Part shown: positions 27,587 through 38,875 of the stretch, in pieces
Layout of the letters: the number at the start of each line of letters is the position of its first letter
Numbering within the stretch: position 1 is the first letter of the stretch
Origin: Chrysomallon squamiferum
Taxonomy: Eukaryota > Animalia > Mollusca
Assembly (NCBI GenBank): GCA_012295275.1
Contig: CM022670.1
Span: 11,408,001-11,472,000 of the forward strand
Direction of reading: 5' to 3'
DNA: 64,000 bases
Notes under the pieces: model-generated
What the model saw: only the letters and a program-made list of their open reading frames with translations
Databases searched by the model: none
Told to the model about the DNA's origin: nothing
Position numbers and translations under genes: made by a program

Positions 27587-28205
27587 TGTGTGTGTATCTA
27601 TGAATTTCAATGAGCATTCAGTGTCTGTTCTATTTCGGTCCGTTTCAAAAAGACTAACTGGTATTAAAGCATCTCTGAAGAAGTGGGGACGGACATTTCT
27701 GCTTGTATCAACTTATTTCATTACTACATAATTTAAATGACAATATTTGAGATTGAATCAGTATGGAATACGTATGGAAACAATAATTAAATAAATAACA
27801 AAATAATAATAATAAATAAATAACAAAAACAAGAACAAGAACCAAAAGAAATGCCAGGGTTAAGATAATTAAAATGGCATTTAGCATTTTATGAAAGGTA
27901 AATTTATTGCTTTCTCTTCTCATTTGACGATTAATATTAAAATGTGGCTCTCAAATTAAACGTACCGCTTATTCGGCCCACTCGTCCTCCGAGCAGAAAG
28001 CCGGTGTATCCCGAAGTGTGTGCGCCCAGACTGTGACCCAGGAAATGAACATCTCTAAGTTTAGTTCCTTGCTTCATCATCATCTCCACGATTAGTCTCA
28101 TCTCCGTGGCAACCAAGCGGGTATTTGCGACCGCCTGGGCATAGTCTGGAAACGCGGCCCCTTTACCCCAGTCAACAACAACGATGTTCATGTCCCACTA
28201 CAGTG

Positions 28206-28256
<51 letters not shown>

Positions 28257-28839
28257 TTTATAAAATAAATAGAATAACAATTTTTCAACCAATTTTTGAA
28301 CATATCATGCAAACACATTACAAAATCAGTGTTATTTTATTTCTATTTTGAGCAAGCCATTAAAAGTGATATATAAAATAATCACCAAAGTGTTTTGAAA
28401 GCTGATTTGGAGTAAATAACATTACTATGGGTTCCCTGATTTTTAAAAAGTAACTTTAAACCTTGTATTGGATAAAGAAATATTTCATTGTTAAAATACT
28501 GCAATATACTCAGAGTTTTAATTTAAACTGAAGATAGATTCTTCTTATTTATTTATTTATTGTTTCTTTTCTTCTATTCATTCCATTATTTTTATTTTAT
28601 TTATTTATTTACTTATTGCTATTTTAATTAATAAGAAGTATATTTCGCAGAGTTTCTTCGTTTTGTCTAGGAGATTGGCTGAGGACTGTAAGAACAGTTG
28701 TTACTCTAAAATATTAGACAGTACGACAGCACTATTACTGAGCCAGTTTATGTTAATATTTTCTAGATAATTTGTTCTTTCTCTTCGCTTATGATTTACT
28801 GCATTTAGACGTTTGCTTATAAGTAAGTAAACAGTAATA

Positions 28840-28881
<42 letters not shown>

Positions 28882-28939
28882 AAAATATTTTTATAAAACA
28901 TTTTTTTTTTTTTTTTTTTTTAAATAAACATAAATTTAA

Positions 28940-28980
<41 letters not shown>

Positions 28981-29492
28981 AATAAAATTTAAAAAACCCC
29001 CACATAATTATGGCATCCTAACTTTACTTACACTCTTCAGAAACTCGTCTTTCATACGAAGTACCCAGCCTACGGTTCCATTTTGACTGAATCCATGCAG
29101 GATGAACTTGGTTGGAATGTGTGGCTTGAAACGAGACGTGGCGACGGAATCAGCTACGGTGTAATTCAAAAGCTGGAAATCGCTGTTGTTCTTTGACGCT
29201 CGGGTAAACAGCCTGAATCGAGTTCCTATGTACTGCGGGGATTTCGGCAGATCTAAGTCGGCATTGTCGAACGGGGGATAGTTGTCGAAACATCCGACAT
29301 AATCGTAACAGACTGTTTTGTTGGCTCGAGGATCAGCAGTTGGGATAACTGTGATATTTAATGCTTGCTGTGTGCTAGCCGAGTTCAGTTTGGTTGTTAT
29401 TGCAGTGTGTAAAGGTGTCAAACGATGATGATGATGACTGTGACTGGAACTGACTGTTTGGGTTGTGTTCGTTTGTGCGTATACTACTTGTC
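24193..29492 (-). CDS. Pancreatic lipase-related protein (lipase domain plus C-terminal PLAT-like domain); signal-peptide exon not located
   Basis: Exons at ~29032-29492, 27966-28197, ~26445-26679, ~26175-26277, ~25670-25800, ~25223-25338, ~24618-24803 and 24193-24277. Motifs include VCYDYVGCF, KFILHGF, NIVVVDW, nucleophile GHSLG, GMDPAEP (Asp), GHVDFYVNGGETQPGC and CSHSRSHDLY (His), so the catalytic triad is complete. Confidence 0.93.
25974..26047. repeat. (AG)n microsatellite in a lipase intron
   Basis: Near-pure AG run. Confidence 0.95.
27510..27595. repeat. (TG)n microsatellite in a lipase intron
   Basis: Near-pure TG run. Confidence 0.95.
28206..28256. repeat. (AAT)n microsatellite next to a lipase splice acceptor
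   Basis: Pure AAT run. On the coding strand (TTA)n occupies the position of the polypyrimidine tract. Confidence 0.9.
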
Positions 29493-31034
29493 CTGTAATG
29501 ACCAAAAAAACAAAAATACAATTGAAGTCTTTCTTATCAATTTCTAGGTCTTCTTCACACGTGCGTTTAAGGTTTTCTTCTTTACACGTGTGTTCAGTTG
29601 GGACGTAACGCAGTTTTCAGTTTTTCTGTTACTCTTACTGCTACTGTAACTACTGAAGCTAGCTTCGCAACTCATATTATTAACATATGAAGATAAAATT
29701 TAGTATAGAAAATTTCTTGTCTTGGTCGTGTGAAAAATCATTATTAACTGGTACGATTCACTGTTGAATATTAGTCTACATTCGGAATCTGATTACTACT
29801 CAATTACTATTCTAATTTTATTATTAGATTAAGTTCTAAAAAATTTGAATAAATTATTATTATTATTATTATTATTATTATCTATCTTGGGTTAACAGAT
29901 TAACCTAGAGACAATCAAAATTAATTTTGTTACAGGCATTTTAACATAGTAAAATTTTAGAAGAATCTTAATTTCTGCCTACCGGTAGATATAATCTGAT
30001 TGGGAAAAAAATATGCATAAAAATTATAAATAAAAGAAATGAAAACAAACAAACCAAAGTGGACCACGGCTAACATGATACACAGGTGTCGCATTTTGGT
30101 CAGATTGATAACAGTCTGAAAAATATCACCTCAAAAATACACAAGAAATGATTTCTAACATAAGGAAGTTTGTAATGGACACAGCTGTTTTGGTAACGAG
30201 GCAAGAATTTACAAATTCATATTATAAAAATATGAAAGTTTTTTGACTATACTGAGAGAAAAAAAATGTTGTTAGGCTTTCAAAGCCATTTCATTTTACT
30301 GGTTAAAAAAAATCGAACTGTTATAATCGTAGACCGAACTACGTATCAGTAAATTATTAAAACTCATTATTGCATGTTTTCTTAACAATAATGTTTTTTT
30401 TTGTTGTTGTTGTTGTTGTTGTTTTTTGTTCACAACTGAAAATTTGCAGGACATCCTACCCGTTACTGTGAGCCGGAGAAAATAAAATTTGTTTGACTCC
30501 TATTTAAAAAAGGAATTTCCCTCAAAATTAATTTGTAGATTTTTTGTTATCACACACAGATGCGCGCACACACATATATGAAGGTTTTTTGTTTTGTTTA
30601 TTACTGTACTTTTCTAGATAAAATGTAACATTTAAAATGAAAAAAAAAAAAAAAAAAAAAATAAATAAATAAATAAATAAATAAAATAAAAAATAAATTT
30701 AAAAAAAAAAAAAATCCTTCTCAATAACCAGTTGTTAAATAATTACATCAGGACATTTTGAAAATGATCTCAAATATCTTTTGTCATAATTGTTTAAATA
30801 CATTCTCAATGATCATTTCAGTGATCAAAAAAATAAAAAAAAAAATAAATAAAATAATAATGGTAATAATAATGAAAACAAAAAAATGATAATAATAATA
30901 ATAAATAACTGCAAATAACAATTATCTATAATTACGAAGTATAAAAAGGCCTATAATTATAAATTAATAGGCAAACTTAAAGGTATATAAAGAAGTCTTA
31001 AATAATGAAAACAGTCCAATATCTAATCTTCGAG

Positions 31035-31039
<5 letters not shown>

Positions 31040-31082
<43 letters not shown>
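31040..31082. repeat. (CA)n microsatellite
   Basis: Pure CA run. Confidence 0.95.
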
Positions 31083-31086
<4 letters not shown>

Positions 31087-31451
31087 AATAATAAAAATAA
31101 AACCGAGGAGGAAAAGAAAAAAGGAAGGAAATAAGAAAGAACGAAATAAAATAAAAAAATTATAATTTAAAGAGAGAGAAAAATAAAAGATGAAAAAAGA
31201 ATAATTATTAAACAAAGTTAAAAAAATAAAAATAAAAAAAAGTATCAGTAGAATTATATGTTTTAAAAACTTTCAAAATTCCAAAACATAAATATTTTAC
31301 TAGCAATTACAAACTTTTTATACCACAACAAACCAAATTAAGACATTTTTTTTATGAAACCGGCAGTTGTGAGATAAAGAAAATATAAACCAGAATGAAA
31401 ACCTGTCTTATACACACAATATGCAGGAGAGATAAGGATCTTTTCGGTGTT

Positions 31452-31483
<32 letters not shown>

Positions 31484-32335
31484 CACAGTACTTTTAAAAT
31501 TAGTGAATCTAAATTACATTTTCATCTTATTGTGTAAGAGAGAAATCACATTCTAAAATTGTTTTACTTATATTAGGCCTACTATGAACCATTACAGTTG
31601 TTCTATAAACTGATTTATTTTATAAATGCAACTTGGATTTTTTAAAATTATTTTCTGTCCAGCTGTAATCTCTGACGTAACTTCACCAAGATATTTTTCA
31701 TTCTCATGTTTTATCTGTAAATAAAGAGACAATAAACGATACATGTAATCTGTAAACTACTGAAAACTTTCATTAAATGTTTTAATATGACAATATTTTT
31801 CTTCTTTTGTTTGCTTGCTTATTCATAAAACTGGTTTATATACACTCATCAGTTCTGTAATTTGTTTTATTATTTTTGATCAAAACTATGAACAACGCCA
31901 GCAGATGTTCTAAACATCAGGCATTTCTATGAGAACTAGCTTATATCTGAATCTGAGTTTTTGTAACTTGAAGTAATTATATTGTTTCAGTTTCTTTTAT
32001 CTCCATTACCAGGTAAATATTATGTTATAAAAAAATATTAAAAGAATTATTTTATAATAACCTTTAGCGATAGGCAAAATTAAATTTTTTTAATATTTAG
32101 GTAAAGAATTACTGATTAAAACTTATTTGCAGAACATAATGATCATTCTTCCTAATATTTTGAACTCTTATTTGTGTCTGTCCAGTCAGCATCTTGGTAC
32201 AAAGATATATCTGATGTGTTTAGTTCACTGCTGGTGAAAACAGTTGAGAATATTACATGCATTTGTATGAAAAAAGTGTTAGTTTTACTTTTGTATCATA
32301 AAAATTTGTAAGAAGACCAAAAAAAAAAAATAATA

Positions 32336-32369
<34 letters not shown>

Positions 32370-32372
32370 TTA

Positions 32373-32968
32373 CCGTATATACTTGTGTATAAGTCGAATT
32401 TTTGGGAGACTATATTAAGGTAATATTTTGGGGGTCGACTTATACATAGGTAATGCTTTTGTAGCTGTTGCTGAAGAGTCGCCATTTTGACTATTTTTTG
32501 CTACGGGATGCATCTAAAATAATCGCGGTCTTTCAGCTTTTCAAAAATATAATTTTATCGTATAAAACATTTTGAAAAATTAAATAACAAAACCAAATAT
32601 GAATGTAAAACATGATATTCTTCCGTTTAATGGCATAAAAATACATTTTAAAGCGAAAAAACCGTAAGTACGGCGTTATGCCTTACGGCGTCTTGCAATG
32701 ATCTAGGAATGCAGACTTCTTTGCCAAATTGCACTAAATATCGGTCCTAATTTCATAAACAAAACTCACTTGTGTTATTGGAAAGAATTTGGTGAAATAA
32801 TATTGCAATCGTCATTAATATCCACTACCGACAAATCGAAAACAAAGTGACGGTGCCTGGAATCTACAGTCGACTTATACACAAGTAATACCTAAAATGA
32901 CGCAATTTTTGGTCTTAAAATACACATCGACTTATACATACGGTCGCCTTGTACACAAGTATATACGG
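32373..32968. mobile_element. Non-autonomous Tc1/mariner (Tc2-like) MITE, ~600 bp
   Basis: Terminal inverted repeats CCGTATATACTTGTGTATAAGTCGA and TCGCCTTGTACACAAGTATATACGG. The left flank is TA and the right flank is AA (possibly a mutated TA). Internal subterminal TCGACTTATACA copies lie at ~32435, ~32870 and ~32927. No transposase ORF. Confidence 0.85.
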
Positions 32969-33406
32969 AATATATAATAAATAAATAAAAACCATATAAT
33001 AATAATAATAAAAAACTAAAAAGGCAATTATATATAACTTACACTGCAAAATGGGCAATATTAGAAATTTAATTCACAATTCTTTTATAACCTCTCCATT
33101 TACTTCAAAAATAAACACACATATCCGAAGTATTATTTGCATAATAATTAGATTTAAAATAAATAAATAAATAACAATAAAAATTATACATATCATTAAT
33201 TTATTTATTCTATTTCATTTTTTATTTACAAAATACTCTGAGAAATTGCAAAAAGACAACAACAACAATAACAACAATGGCAGTTTCTAAATAAGTGAAC
33301 TATAACAAAGCAACAGCAATTAATCCATGTATTACACTTTGCTATTGTCTAGCACTAGTCATAACAAAACAATAACGTGGAGCTTCAGATGAATCATTTG
33401 GGTTCT

Positions 33407-33854
33407 TCAAAGACCAGGCATCACATAAGCAATGTTGTCGAGAGTTTCTGCATGGATTTCTGTTGGACAGCCATTAGTTTCCGGAAGCTGAGCAGTCAGA
33501 CACAGGAGTGGTGCAAAGGAACATAACAAGGAGTCTAAAAGAACCGACATACTGCCCTGGACAGCAATCAAACCCTGAAATTATTTTTAACAAATAGGTT
33601 AAAATAAATTGTAAATAAATACATAATTCTAGAAGCCTGTTAATGCTTAATACCAGAAACCCAAATTGTTTCAGATTTCAGAATTTTTCAGATAGTGGAA
33701 TGTAAGTCCAACTATGAATTCTATTCCAGTTGTTTTCAAATAATCTTTTATCATATATGGTATTTTTAATAAGAGTGCATCAAATAAAGTTTGTATATGC
33801 AAAACAATATAAAAAAACTGCATTTTGGATAGAATTTTGGATATGGTATCCTTA

Positions 33855-33888
<34 letters not shown>

Positions 33889-36800
33889 ATATATATATAT
33901 ATAACTGTGGTTAAAATAAAGTTTGTGTTTGCAAAAAAATAAAAAAAAAATGCAAGATATTTCTGTTTATATATATATAAATCTAAAAATGCTTTAATGA
34001 TAAATCCCTATATATAAATCTAACAATGTTTTTAAACAAAACGTCAAATGAAAATTTGGTTCTTGAATTTAGATACAAAATGTTTACCAACCTTATGTTC
34101 TCTCAGTCTTGTTCCAATAAGACTCAATGAGTCACCAAGAAGTTTGAGATGTGCAGCAACATCAATTGGATCTGTACCAAGTCCCTTCATAAAGAAACAA
34201 CATGTTTATATTGACTGTGTTAAACATTCTTAAAAACCATTTATTTCAAATGTCAATGAAAAACCAAGAAAACCCCCCAGAGTAAGACATAAAATGTCTC
34301 ATTCATGATTTCTGTTTGGGTAAGTTGTGATGCATGGAACCAAATAATGGCTTCATGTAACTGATAATGATTAATATTTCATTTTGTCTGTAAGACATTG
34401 TAAGTCAGAGTAATAAAATTCTCCAACCCAAACACTGTAAGAAACATGAAAATGTTAATATCTTCTTTACTGTTATAAACTTACAAAATATTATATAATA
34501 ATAATAATAATAATAATAACAAAAATAATAATACTATAAAAAACATGAAAATGTTAATATCTTCTACACTGTTATAAACATACAAAACATTATATAAAAA
34601 TAATCAAAACAATAATAATTATAATAATGACAATAATAATAATAATGATGATGATAATAATAATAAAAACAGTAATAATAAGAACATATCTTTTTATATA
34701 TGATGACCACTTACTTTGACAGGGCTAAATGGCTGCTCGGGGACAGGTTTGACTCCAGGTTTGTGAGTGACTTGGGTTGCCAGTTTGGCAACAACTGCTG
34801 TTGATGCAGGCAGGCTGCTCTTACCAACCAGAACCTTCTGTGTGTTCAGCTTGTTAGATTTCCCTGTGCTGATCAGTGTCGAGCCTTTCCCTGCTAACTT
34901 CTTTGCTTTTCTTTTCCATGACTGGAATTATATCAACAGAATAAATATCAGAACCTTGCTGTGATATTTTTCTCTTTTTTCAATCCGTCCAATTTTGTCC
35001 ATATTTAGGGTTGCTGATGAAACCAGATACACAATCCTGTTTCTTTTTTTGTTTAATTAATTTTGAATTTTAGTCGAGTCCATATAATTTGCAGTATTAA
35101 TTCAAATGATGAAAAGATCTTTCATTCATTTATCTTTTTTATTTATTTATTTTGGTACTTTCATGCATATTATAATTCCAAAATATTCACAAGATGATTA
35201 AGACACAGTATTTATTTTTACACTACTTTGAATACACTTAATAATCACAAAAATGTCTGTTTAAAATCAAACACAAAATATTACCATTTTTTCCTTTTTC
35301 GATAAGAGCTGCCACATCTCTCCAAGACGTCTACTTATCTGAGCAAAATCTAAAATTAAAAAGTTACTGAATTTAGCAGAGTGTCTGTAAAGCTTCCCTT
35401 CAATATTAGCATTATAAATATACAAAAATCATATTTTAATGTTGTCTAATTTGAATCAACCAGTTAAAAAGAAAGTGAGTATGATGGCCAAAAGACTATA
35501 AATTAAAAAAAAAATTAAAAAAAAAATGTTGTGAGGAGGCAATAAACTGTTAGAAAAACCAAATTACAGAAAAATTATTTTACCTATTCCTGGATTGTCT
35601 GCAACCAGTTTGTTCCGATTGGCGTTGCAGTAGAGAGTGTAAGCTGTAGGTGGCCTTTTGCGTTTCTGTACAAAAAAAAAAAAAAAAAAAAAAAAAAATA
35701 AAAAAAAACACAAATCAGTAATAGGAACAGGCATATTTATTATATATTCCATTTAATTCCTCAACTCTAAGCATTTCACCTTTTCCAGATTTTTTTACTT
35801 AATTTTTAATCTGATCTCCTTGATGAAAGGTCCACTAAGTTACTATTAACTAGATGTCTGGGCACATTAAAGCACACATTAAACAAAAATTTAGCTACAG
35901 CAGAAATTAAATTAATTGCTTTAGAAAGGATGCTATAAATAAATGTCTAGTATCAGGCAAAAGAAAATGATATAGATATTTCGTACTCTGGATTTTGCCT
36001 TGTTGGGATCAGCATCTAAAGCTGTAGATTCCCTTAGAACATCAGTAATTTTCTTCTTTTTCAATTTTTTAGCAATAGTATGCTTCACATTAGCTTCTAG
36101 AGCTGCAATATCACCATCTGGTCTAGGAGTATCTAAAAAAAAAAAAAAAATTAAAAAAAAAAAAATTAATTTCAAAACAAAAATGTATCGTATCTGCATT
36201 TTTAAAATTAATTTGTAATTTTTGGTAATTATGTAAAATCATACTTTTCACACTGAACTTGTAAAAAGAAGCATTAAACTATATGTTGTTCTTTTATTGG
36301 GTTGGCAACTAAGTTCCCGCTATTTTGTTTAAATCTATTAAATTAAAAAAACGGCAGGAACTTAGTTGCCAATCCAATATTTAAATGGAAAGTTATATCA
36401 ACAAATGCTTTTTTCTTGCAAAAACATTTACCTGCCACATCTACTTTTGGAACAAGTTTCTGCTTTTTCTTTGGCCGGCTGCCTGGAGTCAGAAGACCTC
36501 GCTTTGTAGGAAATTTAGGTTCATCGGCTATAACAAGGTTAGATTCTTCATCTATTTCCATTGAACTGTCCATTACACTACTGGAAAGTGCAGAATTATC
36601 AGATAAATCTGAACTTAATGTAGCTGAAGTTGTACTAGACTGTTTGGCAGATTTACTTTTCTTCTTCGGCAAAACTTCTTTTTCCTGAACTCCTGATGTT
36701 ACGAGAGCAGCCAAATTCGGCATTGCTTCCACCACAGACTGGTCACTTTTAACAGTTTTCTTTTTCTTCACTTTTTTAACCGTGTGCAAGCCAGTCACCT

Positions 36801-37889
36801 CATCAACAGACTCGAGAGCAGCTCCGAACGATTTGACCGTCTTCGGCGTAAACAACGATGGTGGAGACGACTTCCCTTTTGCTGATAATATTAATTTCAT
36901 TTTCAGACCATCTTTGTTGTCTGCTGCCACAGTGACTTGCTTTGCTTGCAAAGAACTTGGACTTGTGACTGGTGTCAATTTCTCAGAGTCTTGATTAGGT
37001 TTTGCAGGTTCTTCTGCTGTGTCAGTTACTTGCTTAGCAACGGCTTTAGATTTTTTTTTACTGGGCGTGTCTGACGGGGACTGCTCAGGCTGTGGAGATG
37101 TTTTTGTAACAGCCTTTGTACTGACAGAAGGAGCTGTCGGAGCAGCAGGAGAGCTCAGAAGCAGTTTGATGACACTTCCTTGTGGAGAAGTTGCTCCTTG
37201 TGGGGAAGATGCTGACTGGGGAGGTGTGTGTGCGATGATAGGTGAATTTGGTGTCTTTTTGACTGGAGACAAAGCCAGTGCTGCTTTAGCTTGCGAACTC
37301 TTTTTGGGCACGTTTAGAAATGATGGAGAAACTGCAGCAGAGGATGTGGGTGACACAGCAGCAGAAGATGGCTGTCCTTTTTTTGAGACTGATACAGGAG
37401 TACTTTCAGGATTACTTTCCGAAGATTCATCAATTTCTTGAAATTTAATTTTCTTGGGATTTACTGGCGTTGTTTCAGGAGATGTGCCAGTTTTGAGTAT
37501 TTTTGGACTTTCTGTGACACCACCTTTTTTAGTAGAATGCTTTTTCTCAGCTTCTTCAAACTCCTCCATTTCTAGAACCTTTGCAGACTTTTTTCTAACC
37601 TTTATAATAGAAATGAAAACTTTGTTGAAATTATTAAAATTTGTTTTTTTTATCATCATTAAACAATTCTGAAATAAAATGAAACTTTACAAAATAGTTT
37701 GTTTTCTCTGATAGAAAATACAAAATCTTGACAAAATGGATAACTAAGAAGTTAAATATATTGCTTACAGTAACAAACTTACAAAGAATTAAATTTCTAA
37801 TGGGACGACAGAGAAAGAGAGAGAGAAAAAATTATCTTTACCCGACCAATTCTGCCACTTGGTTCATCCATTCCATCATCTGTAGACAT
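33407..37889 (-). CDS. HMGXB4: HMG box-containing protein 4
   Basis: Starts [16 protein letters not shown]|VRKKSAK. A large Ser/Pro/Lys-rich exon spans ~36433-37599. The HMG box [43 protein letters not shown] lies at ~35285-35666. The conserved C-terminus reads [20 protein letters not shown]...[14 protein letters not shown]...[12 protein letters not shown]. Confidence 0.9.
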
Positions 37890-38519
37890 GATTTATGATA
37901 TATATAACTAGGAACACGTCGCAGTAGTCTGAAGCTGAAAACAAAATAATAACTGTGGTAATAATTTCATTATGTATATTAATTAAAACAATACCCTAGC
38001 AAAAAAAATAACACAACCCCCCCCAAAAAAAAACCCCAAAACCCCCAACAATATTATGAATATAAAAAAATATTTTAAACGTACATAACATGTTTTATGA
38101 ATTAACTCATATTGCTGTCTATATATTTAATATAATTATATATCTATACAGTAATGTGGTACAGCATAAAAATGTACCGGCTCTCATCATGACATTTTTT
38201 AAAGTTAAAGTTATCAATTTAAATGAGCAAATCAAAGACACTGGTGATTAATTAGCTCTTAAAGTTTTTGTGAAGATAGATGAATCTAATGTCGGTTAAT
38301 AAATGCATTATCAATGAATGAATGATCATTTCAACATTTGTCACTTTGTAACGATCATGATGACTGATTAAAGTGATTTATTTTTATAATCTTATTCTTA
38401 GATATAAATTATAGAATTAGTATGCATAATAGTTTTAATACTGTGACATAATTATAGATCAAATTTTTGGCGCTGTAAAAAATCATTTATACTGCAAACT
38501 TAAAAAAGGATTAAAAGAA

Positions 38520-38875
38520 ACCGTACTTAGTGATATATTCTTCTTTGATTCTTAAAACATAATATGACTTCCGGTATGTACAGAGTTAATGGTCTTTCAC
38601 AAAGGAAACCTAGTTTTAAACACAGGTCCTTCTAATTACCGAAAACACCCAACAGAAACCGACAATGCTAACGAATGGAGAAAATGTTTAATTGTTTTTA
38701 CTTCTAAGCGATAGTTCGATAATTCTACAACTGTGTTTGACATTTTCAACTAGCTTGAGCCTTTTTACTGTGCTCGACGGCTGTTGTCACTTTTTCTTTT
38801 TTGTCGGTCTTGTGGTTGATGGTGGTAATTAGCACATCTGAAACGTTTACAGTACACAAAAAACAATGGCGGCCC
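38520..38875. promoter_or_regulatory. Probable bidirectional promoter of HMGXB4 and PLAA
   Basis: The divergent start codons are under 1 kb apart. An ETS-type ACTTCCGGT site lies at ~38568 and a YY1-like AATGGCGGC overlaps the PLAA ATG. Confidence 0.55.

Noticed and set aside
184-31215. Many short poly-Ile/Phe/Lys/Asn ORFs in the ORF track
   Set aside because: They arise from A/T homopolymers and microsatellites in introns and intergenic DNA.
33840-33856. GTATCCTTAA resembling a U12 donor
   Set aside because: It is on the strand opposite HMGXB4 and not at an exon boundary.
36416-37672. Several plus-strand ORFs up to 140 aa
   Set aside because: They are antisense shadows of the large HMGXB4 exon.
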